Shown one piece after another: positions 12,632-26,900 of a DNA stretch of 64,000 nucleotides. The stretch is from Bugula neritina (taxonomy: Eukaryota > Animalia > Bryozoa): assembly GCA_964035545.1 (NCBI GenBank), contig OZ037766.1:31610773-31674772 (forward strand), read 5' to 3'. The position numbers and the translations under genes are program-made. Within the stretch, counting starts at the first letter, position 1. Each line of letters opens with the position of its first letter. The notes under the pieces were generated by a model. The model was not told the origin of the DNA and made no database searches. It saw only the letters and a list, made by a program, of their open reading frames with translations.

Positions 12632-13609
12632 AATTAGACAAATGCACAATTTATGTTTGGAGTTGCCTTTTCTATCTCTTTGGAAATAAGGCTGCATGCC
12701 ACTTCGATATCAAATCAGTAAGCAGTTTACATTATTTTTTGATAAACCCCAGGAGTTGTCCTACCCTCTGCCACCATTTCCTAACTGGATTTGTTGAAAT
12801 AAAAATACCATTCAAATTAATAAATAAGCAGAGAAAAAGACAAACAGCACAGCGTAGAAAACCTAGGCTTCAAAAACCTTCAAATAACAAAAGACTATAA
12901 AAATACTAAAATATTCCCAACCACCTATATACATCAGAAAATAAAATGTTGATTTTTCTTACCTTTTCAAACTTTCATAGCCAGTGGAAATCTGCTCAAT
13001 TGATAAAAATATTTCGTTATCAGATCACATCTTTAGTCCTGGCAGGCAACTCAGATTCTATCTAAAAGATAAAAATAAATAAAATTGAATAGATAAAGGC
13101 AGTTAGAAACTTGACTCAAATGGGAAGAGGGTAAACATAGATATAGATCAATTACATGTAAATATAAAATAAACAATACCACAATACAGAATATTTTACC
13201 ATACCATATTTAGACATATGTAACAGATAAAATTCTGAAATGGAACTATTATGTTATGTGATACTCAAGTCAGATATACAAAAACAATTAAATTACAATG
13301 TATTATTTAAAAAGTGGAAGCAATGCAAACTGGCTGGGGCAATATTACGTCAAAACAAATAGGAGGATTCTGGCCCAGCAGCTACCATATGGTTTACAGA
13401 GCTGAATGAAAACTGCTACAACTAATAAACTGCTAGGCAAAATGACATCTCAATAGCCTATTATACATCATCCTAGTAACTTGGCTATTTTATAATAGTT
13501 TCCCAATACATTATGAAAAACTAAATTAAAATTGTTTTTTTTTATAGAGAGCTTTTGCTCGATTTCAAAATTGTTTTCTTTTTGTCTGTTTTTTAACATT
13601 TTACTTACA

Positions 13610-13714
13610 CTTATGACAGGCTGTCTGGTTGTATTCTTATGACAGGCTGTCTGGTTGTATTCTTATGACAGGCTGTCTGGTTGTATTCTTATGACAAGCT
13701 GTCTGGTTGTATTC
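13610..13714. repeat. 26-bp tandem repeat x4 (ttatgacaggctgtctggttgtattc)
   Basis: Directly visible. Confidence 0.9.
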
Positions 13715-14849
13715 ATGCAACAGTGAAATACCTAGAGCTATTTTAGCTGTTAACTTTATGCATTTCAGTGCTTTTTGTTAAAATATAAATTCTGTGTGCA
13801 AGTGTCTTGACTTATTCATGATTTTTGCACAGCAGCATTATAGAATCAAGACTGAATATAACTAACCTTTACTACATTTTATGCTTGGCTACTGTAATAC
13901 ACTAGAATGGGTTAAAAGCTTAAAACAAGGCTATGCTAAGTGAAAAGCTAGAGCTATCTTGCTACACATATCAATAGTCAAAGCCATTTCTTATCGAAAT
14001 ATTGAATGTTGGAAAATAAAATTACATATTTTCAATTTCGAAGAAAAACAACCTATAACTTATGACAACGGCATCATTTGAACAAATATTTGAGCAAACA
14101 TTGAGAAGGCGTGAAATATTAACATATAATTTTTATAATTTGTTGTTGCCTATGATAATATTATAAAGTGATAATATACAGATCAGCTACTTGTCATTGT
14201 AGCCAAGATATTTCTGCAAATTCTACAGTTAAAAAAATACCCAAGTAAATTAATCTTACTTTTAAAAATTCTAATTGCTTTGAAATTGTCAGCTCATATT
14301 TGGTATGAAATTCAATGTTCATATCTTTAGAAAACAAATCGCTAGTAAGTCTCCAGTAGCTCAGGTCAAGGATGCATACGAGCAACTAGTCCATGACTCA
14401 GGTTAAAAGTATTTTCTTGGAAAATGCTTTCAAAGCCCTCCATTAATAATTTTACAATGAAAACAGGTGAAGCCATAACAAACCTTCAATACATGCTGAA
14501 AAAAATAGAACACCAATAACATAGGGGTTTTGATAAAATCACAGTGTATTTACATCACAACCAATACGCAGCAACATATACATATACACAAACAATAGAA
14601 CTTTTGTTTGAGATCAAGTAAATTATCTCAATGCTCAATCAAGTGTATCGTATGACAAGAGTAACAATACTATAAATATAAACGAGTTTCGTGCTGAGTA
14701 GAGTAGAGCGTAGGTGACCGTAGTATGGTGAGAAACTGACGTGAAAAGATACACACTGTTTATAGCACACAACATTCACCAGCTAAACAGAGTTGACCTA
14801 TAGAATAGCATCTAATCTCAAGAACAAAACAGCAGTTACACCAGCAGAG

Positions 14850-17800
14850 ATGGAAATGTGTAGAGTGATGTTGTTCCTGTCTATGACTACATTTGTAGTG
14901 TTGGCTTCTACTGTTACAGGTAAGTCTAGTACACTCTCAATGTCTAACAAAACTCTTTAATGTTCACCAGAAATAGATATACTTTAAAATATACTTTAAT
15001 AAATTTAATTGTATCTGTACTTTAAGTTTTGGTACAACATTTTTTTGAAAATATAACTAAAAATGGTCTTACTTTTCAGTTACAGCTCAGTTAAGTTCAC
15101 CTAGTCAAATGTGTTTTTACACAGCATTTTTGAGCAATGTATGACTGATAAAATGGCTATACTATCTTATGTCATTAGTTTACAAGAGCAGACAATGATG
15201 AAATAAGCAACACCAATTATGAGAAAGGGTGTTTACATGATAAGATGCAGCAAAACACAAGTTTATGACTCGCTAACTTTGAAGGCAATCCTACAAATAT
15301 GACAATTAAATAATAAAAACTGATATTATCTTCCTTATTATAAGTTTGAATAGCGTGGAGTCTTACAACTTTATGTCTAAATATATGTCATACTAGCTTC
15401 TTATTATTTGAAATCAAATCTTCAAAGAATAAAGTTTGAAAGACGACACAATTTTTGTGACGGAGTAGTTTATTTCATTGACGCATCAACATTTATTTCA
15501 ACTGATGTACTCGAAAATTGAATATTGGTGAATTATTATTGGTGAATATTGAATAATCATTACTCTGCTTGGAGATAAGATTCTAACATAGATTTCTAGA
15601 ATTCTGGTCAACAAGTAAAACGAATGTATGATCTGTATTTATTTTCTAATTTGTTTTGAATAAGCCAAAAGAAGAATTGACTTATAGAAGAAAAAATTAA
15701 ATTTAAAAAAAACAAAACTGAAGTTAAATGTTTATAGTAAAGATTAAAACTGCTAGTACTCGTATGTTTGTGTGTCCAGAATTGAAATTTGGGTGCTAAT
15801 TTTAGAAGTGACTGGAAGATCCAGCAGATACAGATCTGGAAAATATCCCAAGAGAGGAGAAGGTATGTAGAATGCTATTTCAAGGACATTAAAGAAGTAG
15901 CTACTTTTATTATATCTTACACTGAGATCATAGGCTAACTTTTAAAATAATGACTTTCATATTTGAGTTTTTTCCATAAAATTTACTGTAGTTCATAGAA
16001 AGTTTGTTAGGTAAGTTTAAGCTAATTCAATATTATATTTTATTACTCAAAACTCAAAACTTTGGTCAAGTTATACTGAAGGTTCATCAGGATTCAACAG
16101 CAGTTCAACAGAGTGTACCAAGTTGAAATTTTAAAACCTAGAGAAAACTTATTATAGTTAAAGTTAGGTTGGTAAAAGCTAGGCTTTCCTAGATTACAGC
16201 ATCTTCAAGTCATACATAGCTAGCCCATCTATTGGTTACCCAGGGATGGTGTTGCAACAGTAACATCAAATCCCAAAAGATGAAATATACAAGTTTCACC
16301 TGACCTAAGGGACTGTTGACTGTTACGCAATCTATACAATATTACATAATGTAATGACACCTACAACTTTTATAGCAATAAAGAATTTCTGCTATATCTA
16401 TATTTCCGAGTATGTGGTGGCACGACTGAAAACTCTGAAGGCACATGAAAAAGATACATATGCGCTAGAAAACAATAGCTGGCAGTTTAGCCTTTTTAAC
16501 TTTTTCTCAAAGTTAACCAATAACCCTCATTTAAATCTTGTGTTTTTCAAGTTAACTAAATCAGTTATTCTGTTGATTAGGATATTACGCAACTATGAAG
16601 ACTTTAGAGTCAGCAGTTCAACCATATTTCAAAGTTAATAACAGACACCTTTAAAAAGTAAAATTGGCAATTTTACATTTGAATGAACTAATACGAGAAC
16701 ACTTTGATAAAGCCATACTCAATGGGTATTTGAAGGTTCGAGTAAATTTTTAGGGAGTCTTGTTAGCCATTGGTCATTGCTATACTTTGAATACATATTT
16801 ACTGTTTCAAATACCATTATATGTACAACGTATAATAGTTTGAGTTACACCCTAGATATTTCAGTGTTATTAATTTTCTTTACGTCACAAAAGTGTCTAT
16901 AAAACTCATTAATTATTCCAGCCTCCACATTAAATTCTGTCACCCACGCCTGTAGCTCTGCTACCACACAATGCTCAATCTGCTCTCTGATTGGTCATGT
17001 ATAAAGTATTGTCTACTGCAGAGGAGGCAATTGGTGACAGCTGCCAACAGGTTATTTGTAGTATCTATGGTGTGACACCTGGCGAGGTCTTAGACACCTG
17101 TTTTATGATGGATTTGACAATAGTTGCCAGGAGACCAATTAGTAGTGTCAAAACATTTGCTGACATAATTTAATTCAAACTCTGAAAATAAATTGTCAGA
17201 CAGCCAAGGAAGAGGTGTTAGTTTGTTAGTTTGAAAAATTAGAAGTTTCTACAGGAAATGCATGACAAATTCGGAGGCTATATATAAGACCATTCCGGTC
17301 TGCCTACGGCAACAATTCTTTATAGAAACATACTTGACTTGAATTTCAGAAACAAAGCTGATTCACAAAACAAAGCTCTTTGAATGCTACCCACTAATAT
17401 AACAGTATATGTGCATTCACAAACTTCATTTCATTGCGTAAGACATGGTTCAAAACTATTCAAATTTATTGTACACCTTTTATTATTGTTTTCTAGTCAG
17501 CAAAGTCAAATTAAATAATAATGACGAGCAATGAATAGCAAACAGTAGCCAGTTAGCGCTAATGTGGTTTGAGCTTCAAAATATTGCATGCATTATTTCA
17601 TAGTATGAGGCACTACATTGCTGGAAATTAACATCATTATAGCATTATATTATCTCGATATTTTATTATAATATTTTAGACGATATGGTGTATGAAGCAA
17701 CCACTTTACCATATGAAGGCATGAAAAATCTGAGATTGAAGATAATTAGCGACATTTTAGAAGACATTTCTATTCTATTGGACAAAATAGCAGCAGAAGA

Positions 17801-18500
17801 GAATCTAGAAAATCAGCAGTCCTTAGATTCAACTACAGCCATTTCTGTTACCCAGGCATATGGGAATACTCATGAAGGTGAGGCACACAACTTCAAACAA
17901 CTAATCAAAATGCATTCATATTGAAGCTAGACAACTTGTCTTAAAAATATCATGTTAATAGACTTGAAATCAAATATTTATAGTTTGAAGAGTAATAATT
18001 ACTTCTAAGCTTCCACCACCAAAAATTAGTCATGGCCAGACACACCAGATATTTTAAAATGAATTAAACACATTTTAGTTAATCATTTTTATTCAATGTA
18101 TGAATTGTTGATCTAAATGGAACAGAGAATTAATTTATTAATATCAAGTTTCAATACATACAACTTTATAAAAATTTCAAACAGGTGAGCTTGCACTGCC
18201 TAAACTAAAAATATTAAGTAGTAACTATATTATACTTATATGGCAATCATCAACAAGGAGTAACAGTACACTGTGGACCGTATCTGAACAAAAATGTACT
18301 TTTTAGAGTTGGAAGCAATACGGAAGAAATTAGCAGAAACTCTGGCAGACAGACACACTACAGAAGAACCAGAAAAAAAGTCACCCAAAGCATATGACCC
18401 TAAGCCAAGATCAAGTGATGAGGAAAGTGCAAAATTTAGGAGGGTTCTAACTGCATGGATGAAGAGAGAATTGGGCTATGATAAAACTGATATCAAGTAG
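14850..18500 (+). CDS. Secreted prepropeptide, paralogue B (~172 aa; putative neuropeptide/hormone precursor)
   Basis: Exons 14850-14919, 15806-15862, 17680-17877 and 18307-18500, all phase 1. Protein: MEMCRVMLFLSMTTFVVLASTVTEVTG-RSSRYRSGKYP-KR-GEDDMVYE...LKIISDILEDISILLDKIAAEE...ELEAIRKKLAETLADR...EKKSPKAYDPKPRSSDEESAKFRRVLTAWMKRELGYDKTDIK*. Exon 3 is 198 bp in both paralogues. Confidence 0.82.
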
Positions 18501-21500
18501 ATACCAGACAGGGTGTACATTGGCAGGATGTGCCCTGTACAACTATGCTATTTAAATCATGTATGGGCTGCTCTACTTCTAACCTACTAGAATTACTGAT
18601 ACAAAAAAAATATAATTTCATTAGTTTTCTTATAATTTTATAATTAGAAAGTGGACTTTTCAATTTTTAGCATGGTGGTATAATAATTAACTAAGTTACA
18701 AACCATTTTGAGTTTAACTTTGCTGTAAAGCTAATATTTAAAATTGTGCTAAAGGTATTAGAATTCAACAAGTAGCTAGATATTGATAACCAGGACTAAG
18801 AAAAACTTCATCTGCTGATTTTGAGTATTTAAAACTGTCAGAGGATGACTAGAAAATCTTCAGTGCTCCATTTCTACTTCATTATTTTTATTATATATTT
18901 GTATAATATTTTGTTTCATAAATAAAATAAAAGGCCATTAAGCAAATAATGCTAAAAAGGGTGCTAGTTAATGAATTCCAACTACTAATTTACTATTCAC
19001 AAATTTTTTAGCTAAAATTGCATAAAATTTCAAAATAATTTAGGAAAACTTGCATTTGCACCAAAATACTATTTGCTAAGTAAGGTTCACGTAGCCATAT
19101 ATATAAAATATATTTCAGGAATATTAGTAATATTTCTGGAATATACAACTAGATTTAGGCATTACATTTAGCTTAAGCTACAACATTTCATTTAATACTT
19201 GGAAAGAAAAATATAACAGTCCAGACCTGTTCAATTTTTGTGGGAGAAAAACAGCTACTTTCTATCACCATTATTTTGTGAAAGAAACCAGTGACCTTCA
19301 AAACATGACAACATTTGTACCTTAAAAACTATCTAAACCAACGGGGATGTGTGTAACAACCAGCTTACTCTTATTGGCAGAGTAGTTTAAAAATGAAGCC
19401 AAATTTCTTACATGGAAACAAGCAAATTTCTTTACCAGACTCACAGTAACACTCTAACAGTAAACACAAGTATTGGCAAATGATCCCTCCATTTCTACTC
19501 TGAATACAAAACTTTGCCAGCAAGATCGGCCAATGTTGACAACTCTGCCATGTCAATTTGAGTGAAAAATTAAGTTTTTCACATAAACATAATGACAATG
19601 AAATTTAACACACTTGGAGTTGGTGCCAGTAAGTCAAAGTGTAACATCAAATTGAAGTTATTCATTACATTTAAGCATTGTTATTTGACTGTGAGGTCGT
19701 CATCTAAAATTAGCCTGGCTGTGTAAAACCATAATGATAATAATAATTATAATCATGATGAGTAGCATTATCACTATCAATATCATTATGATATTCATAT
19801 TCATATTGGGAATCACAATGATGACGTTTACTTATTTAATTTACTTTTACATCATTACTAATAGTAACACTTATTATAAATTGCAAGTGTGAACTGAAAA
19901 ACTAAAGTAAAAGTAAGAGCCTAAGAGTAAGAGAGAAATAACATTATCATTAATTAAAATTTAGCAAAAACATCACTATCATTACGATCATTATCAGATT
20001 CACTGTTATGATTAAATTTAAAATTAAAGTATTAATAATTTAATTTTTCGAGTTAGCCGTAAAGTTATACTAATGCTTATAGTTATAGTATATGCTACAG
20101 TAAATGATGTAGCGGTAATTTTAAAGCCAGAGTTGCGTGTTCACATATTTAATAGCATAAACTTTCTTCAAATATTTGCAATTTTTAATTTTAATGGGAC
20201 ATTAGCGTTCCTGGAGTTCAATCATCAAGCGTAACTCGCAACTCGTTCAAGCCACTTTCGCTTTACGCGTGCAATCAAATTCACCGTTGGCGCTTTGGAA
20301 ATAGTTGGGTTTCAACTTGTTTATTAAATCGTCGGATTCGCCACCTTGAGGCAAAGACCATGCGTTACCATATTACAACTAAGGTCAGGGATAAAAGTCG
20401 TAAAGCGAAACCACTCCGTGCAATCAATTTATTGGAATGTTGTAGCAGTCGCTATTTTGCTCAGTTTTTATTTTATGCATGGTTACCATTATAATTATTA
20501 TATCTGGTAGTTTATAAAACTGTAGGCCAACAGTTGTGCTGCAAGTATAAGGAAGCTGTTTTCAAGTTGGTTTAGGACTATTGACAGCTCTCAGGAAGCA
20601 TAGCCTAAGCGCTAAGAAGGTGTAGGACTGTAGGATGAAAATAATAAAAAAGGTTATGAAACATGAGATAAATGGATGCAGAAGCTACAGAAAAAAACCA
20701 TATCACTAGTATGAATTGTAGCGTGGGGGAGAATAATTTCAGAATATCAAATTGGTCCGATGAGCCAATGGCCTTTGATTACACATAGTCGAAGTAGTTT
20801 TGATTAACAGTTTACTGACCAATGGTAGATGGTTATATAAACATGTTACATAACTTCTTTAGTGCATGCATAGCAAGCAAGAGTCGGGCAATTTTCATCC
20901 TATTGTAAAATAGATGGTATACGCCTGTCATCTTTCACTGTTGCCACCTCTGTTGGGACTGCCAGTCAATATATTTGTTCACACTACGTAAATTTCTCTA
21001 ATAAGTTATTTAATTGCCTTCCATTGCAGCTTTAGGCTAAGAAGTCTAAATTATTGATGTTTGACGAAGGTGTTTTGCAGAGGGTCCCCATGTATGTTTT
21101 GTAACAGATGAGTATTTCTACGTAAAGCCAATGACTAGCAGGACTGGACAGCGGATGTAGTGTGAATGTTGTATTGGAATGCATAACGTACATGGTAGTA
21201 GTGACCTCAGTGTTATTCAAAGGATTAATAAATAATGCAAAAATGCTCTTGGGATACTCTTTGCATCTCACAGTTCCCAAGTTTCTCATTGGATTTTTTA
21301 TTCAAGTTCACCTCTTTATGTTGCTATTGTTCTCACATATCTATAGCAAGTGACGTTGCTTATTTTGTGGCCTTGCTATCTGAACTGAATGGAGTACAAC
21401 TATATTTCAGTGAAGTACCCAACTGCACTGATCAAGTAGAAAATAAAAGGCATAATAGTAAGACAACTATGCAAGGCAACTAGTGAGCACCGAGTTTACT

Positions 21501-21609
21501 GACATGAAGCTGGCAAACTTTATATTATATTTAAGGGATAATTATAGGCATTCTAATCATTCTGTAATCACTTTTATTCAGTTGAACTTATTAGTAATTT
21601 ATATCATTA

Positions 21610-21756
<147 letters not shown>

Positions 21757-23987
21757 GGAAATAATTTTACAAATTAATTTAAAAATAATAAATATGTTTT
21801 CAAAATTTTTAAAAGCTAATTGTTGCTTTCAAGGAATATATTAGAATTTCTAGAAACATTTTATGCCAGCAGCATTTAATGTTTCTATAAATAAAGGTTT
21901 TGTGATTCACTGGTTATGTTCTATAATACTGTAGACATATTACATATTGTAGACAAATTCTACATTGTAAACACAGTCTACAGAGTAGACACAAATTCTG
22001 TACCACTGGAAGACTGTAGTGAGATAATATGCATGCATGTACAGGAAAAGTAAAAGGCAACCTATATACCAAATTACTTTTGGTTAACTGCAGCACTGAT
22101 AACACATTTTAAGGAATTTATTTTTGAATGCACAATTTATTTTATATGTGATGATATATCAATGTTGGGTTACATCAAACCTATATGAAGTCCATTCACC
22201 TTTACAACATAGAATTAAGAGTTTTCCTCTCTATTACCAAGTGGTAAAATGATGTTATATAACTTTACTATTAGCATAATGTTTACATTTTTCACCATCT
22301 ACGTTTTTTGTATAACTCACAATCTGTGTGAACAACTATTTTATTTCCTGTTGACCCATACTTTTACAATTACTATTATAAAATAATTGTTGGTGAAATT
22401 AATAGTTTGAGTTTATTTTATGGTCTTTAAACTTCTATGTTTTGAGACAAAATGTACTTTTTATATGCATAGAAATAATAATTGGTTAAGCAAGAGAAAT
22501 AAAAACATACAAATTTCAGTTGTTTAAACCAGTTGCAACAAAATATTATTATAATTGCTTCATTTGTCGACTTGCAAAGAGAAGATAACCCTCTAGCCAT
22601 ATATCAATTCAAGACCAAGGTAATTACTGGCTCCATTGAACTTATAGTTTCAGTTCAGTGACTGGCTCTTAGGAACCAAACACACAGGTAAAATATTGGC
22701 ACATGTATCTATGGGAACACAACTTCTACACACAAAATTACATTCACCTGGTTAAGCTTAATTGTAAAGTTTAATAACAATCTTACTATGCAAATTTATT
22801 ACAATTAATTTGTTTATTTCTTGTTATGCTTAGAATACTGTAAACTATAATATTCTCTGAAGCTGAAGTCAACAGAGTCAGTGAATGGTTGTTAGAAGCA
22901 AGGAAATGGGATCATTAAAATTTTAAAAGGTTGAAGTCAGTTTACTGCAATGACTGTCTAAACTGGCAGTCATCAATTTTCTGAGTGCAATAATACAACG
23001 TATACTATCATCTAACTATCCAATGAGAATTATTTGTGTGTTGTCCATTCCTTTAAATGGAGTATTATATTTTGTGTGCCTGTTTGTAGCTTGATTGTTT
23101 TTACTCACCCCAATGCTGTTATTAGTTATAGTTTTTGTTTAATTAATCATTACAATTTTTTAGCTATAACTAAAAAGTTCTTGCTTTCTACATATTCCAT
23201 AAAAATTTATACAATTCTGGTTTTCTTGCCCACAGCATCGTATTTGAAAGTTCTGATCGCTAGTCGAGCTAATATAATTTACGCATACAATACCTTGTTG
23301 TAGTACTTCTAGCCCTATAAGAAGACACAATTTAAGCTTGACGACGATGTGATAAATAAGAAAATAAAAAGTTATGTTCTCCAAAGTAGAGGCAGCCTGC
23401 AGGATAAATCTAAAGTTGAATTGTGTTTAGAGTTACTGTATAGGTAGAGATATAGAACGTACAAGGGGTAAACTAATTATGGCACTCCAGATGAGAATTG
23501 CAGAAAACTATAATATTTTCAAGTCCTAATTCCAAGTGTTCGTAATATTTGAGTAGAAATTGAGTAGTTGGTGAGTAGCACTGGTTATTAGTTGGGAGTA
23601 ATTAAGTAATAGTTGAATAGTGGCCAGCCTTGGGTTTTGCTGTCAGCTTGATTCATTGAAAAGTCATCCAGGATGTGCGTGTCACAGGTTAAATGATTTC
23701 AACAGCACCATTTCCTCTTAAATATGTATCAATTTTCAATAACATTTCCAGTGCAAACCATCAAAACTACTCAAACATGTTGTAGATATTAGTTTATATG
23801 CCCCTGCATGGGTGGTTGACCTTAAAACTGAACAGCAGAGCTGCGCTATGCATTCATTTTCAGTTGACAGGCAGCTTGGGCCAGCATTAGCTTTATAACA
23901 GCAGCAGCAACATCAAGTAAGGCAGCAGGAAAAGTAACAGTTGCAGCGACATCAGCAGCAGAGACAGTTTGTTTAGAAGAAACTAGA

Positions 23988-26900
23988 ATGGTTTCCCTAA
24001 TGCAGTTAACTCAACTGCTAAACTTCATGTTGCTGTTTTCTTTCTCAGTCTTAGCACTAGAAGACTTTACCAACTCATGGGTCGTGGAACTGGACCCAGA
24101 GCTGACGGAAACAGAGGTTAATGATATAGCCAAAGCGGCTGGCTTTATCAACTATGGCAAGGTATTTATATATTGCTTTTTACTCTTTTATACGATTCAA
24201 TTTGACATTTATTACCTACACTCCTAGCTCCTGTGTACAAGTATGGCAACAAACAGCTTTCAAGGGAACTGGTAGAAAAATATTTTTAACTCACAACAAT
24301 AATGATGTTCTTGAATATTTTGTAGTCTAATTTATCAACATATTTTATTACTTTTTTACGTTAGAATACAAAAATAAACAATTTTGGTATTGCTACAGTC
24401 TGTTAGCAACTTTATTTCAGGTGTTTAAAGACAAGAGTCTGTACGAATTTCATCATCCTCGTGTAGCAAAGAGGTCTCTCGGTCATTCTCAGTATCACAC
24501 AGACAACCTTCAAGGTCATGCAAAGGTGTGTTTATACAAATTTTGGTTTAGAACAAGCTTTGAATAGAGGACTCATCTGTCTAGATTCTTATTAAATAGA
24601 AAAAGTATCAATCCAAATGTGGTATAAATATCTAATTCCTTTCCCAAGCAAAAATTTTTTCGTAAAGTTAACTTAGAGTTAATGATCAGTAAAAAAGTAT
24701 TATTAAACACCACATTAACAATAAAAGTTGTGACCATTTTATTGAAAGTTCAAAAAAAGTTTATTTTAATTATAGGAAACAATAGCAATTGCAAAAAATT
24801 CATCTAATTTAATTATCAACAGAACTCTATATTTCTTTTGATCTCATCAGTCAGAGTGAGTGGCTGCAGGCAACTAAACATGGATGTTTGTTTGGAATTC
24901 AGGATACAATTTTAAGCTGAAGAATGCGTGGTGTAACACACACTTGACAATCTCGAAATCTAATAATAATTTGTAGTGATAATATACTTGTAAACCATAG
25001 TATACAATGAAACTTGGGTTTCCAGACTTAGACTAATCACAGATGGAACCAGTAAATGCAGCTATAAGTTAGAGTAACATGCTTACATATCTCTTTCGTG
25101 AGCAGCTACCAGTTCTCAGTTTCACCTGTAGAGGTGGTAACAAAGAAACTGCACCTGAATTTCAACTTGTAGATTAGGTCAGTGGAGCAATTGGTAGCAA
25201 AAACCAGAGTGAAGCGTTCGGCTGATCTAGACAGCATCTTCTCGATGAAGGATCCACTGTGGCAGGACACTTGGTATTTGGTAAGGGTAGAGTTTTCTAG
25301 CTTGTCTATCATATTAGAAAAATAACTCCCATACTAATAATTATAGTATATAATTGTTTGTTTATATTTTATAAACTTTTTAGCTGCAATTCAGGTTAAA
25401 AATAAGAGCCTAAAAAGTTCACTGTAAAATAGCACAAAGTTCATTGCAAAACCGAAAAGGTTTTAAGTTGGTATATTTTACTGGAATACTTTCACATATA
25501 AAATAAGCATCAAGTGATGAAGTAAATCCATACTTTCAGTTGTTAATTAATTTATAGACAGCTGTATACGGAAGCAGTTGAAAATAGTTTATTTGGTTTG
25601 ATAAATTCAATACCATTAGCTCTGCTTTCAATTATATTTACTTTATAGCAACATTTTTAATAACCTTTCTTTTCAGGAGCTAATTCTACGGAGAGATTTG
25701 CATATTTAATCCAATTGCACTGCAAAGGCTTATTGCAAGTTACAGTTTTATCTCTATAGTGTAACAAGGGACATTACTATAAATACTAACACCCGAATAT
25801 GTTTCTGTATAATAGAAGTCAAAAGTATTTAAACCTTGAAATCACCTCCCTTTGTTATATATGGCATTTATATAGTAATAGCTTATTTGAAGTGTACAAG
25901 ATTAAAATAAAATACAAATTAGAAATACTAGTGTTACATTAGCGTGCAATATTTAAATTTAATATTGAATAGTAATGCTAGGGTAACATTATATAATACC
26001 CAGTAACTAAGCTTAGTGCACAGTTGCTAAATGTATAGTTTACAGTAACTAAGTGCATATAATAGTTCTCAGTTACCAAGTGTATATAATTCACGGCAAC
26101 CGAGTATAATTTACAGTAACTAAGATTGTAGTCCACAGTGACCAAGTATGTAGTCACAAGCAATTATTAAAGACTGATTTGTCCTGACAGCATTCGATTA
26201 CAAAATACTTGTTTTGACAGTCCAATGGCAGCATCTCCAGTGACAGCCGCTCTGGTGTCAGCAGAAATATTCTCTGCTCACGAAATTAGAATAAAATAAT
26301 TTATTGCCAATGCATAATGTTACTGGGTGCTGTTAAAGTAGTCAAGAGCTGGTGTTATACTTAGTGAGCTCTGAATCTGGCTAATATCAAATGTTGGCAG
26401 CTATTAACTTATGGTTTTGTGATATATTATGTAATCCTTTATTTGTATTACATAATTGTGCAATCCTGTCCATTATGATTTTATATTTAGTGAATTGCCA
26501 AGTTTTTCCAATTTTTTATATTCAAGAAATATAAAGCTAGTGCTTTGATATAAATTTCAGTTTTGCAGAAAAATTGGCCAATTGCCAATACCAGAAATTT
26601 TGGTAACTGTAGTGATTTTATTTCTACTGAGACAGAAGCTTGGAGATTGGTAAGAGTTTGCCTTCATTCTCTAGATTCTGTAGATTTCAACAATTGTGTT
26701 TCTAGAATCAAGCTGTAACAAATGACTCGCTGTTTGACATGAATGTGGTGTCAGCGTGGAAGAGGGGGTTCACCGGCAGCAATGTAGTTGTCTCAATACT
26801 AGATGACGGTCTCGAACATACACATCCTGATCTGACTAATAATTACGTGAGTTACTAGGAGTTCATCATTAGCATCTGAAAATCTTGTAAAGAAATGGAT

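Noticed and set aside
12963-13061. Minus-strand exon-like segment (tttag...AAG|gtaag)
   Set aside because: Stops in all three frames and no partner exons; at most a non-coding exon.
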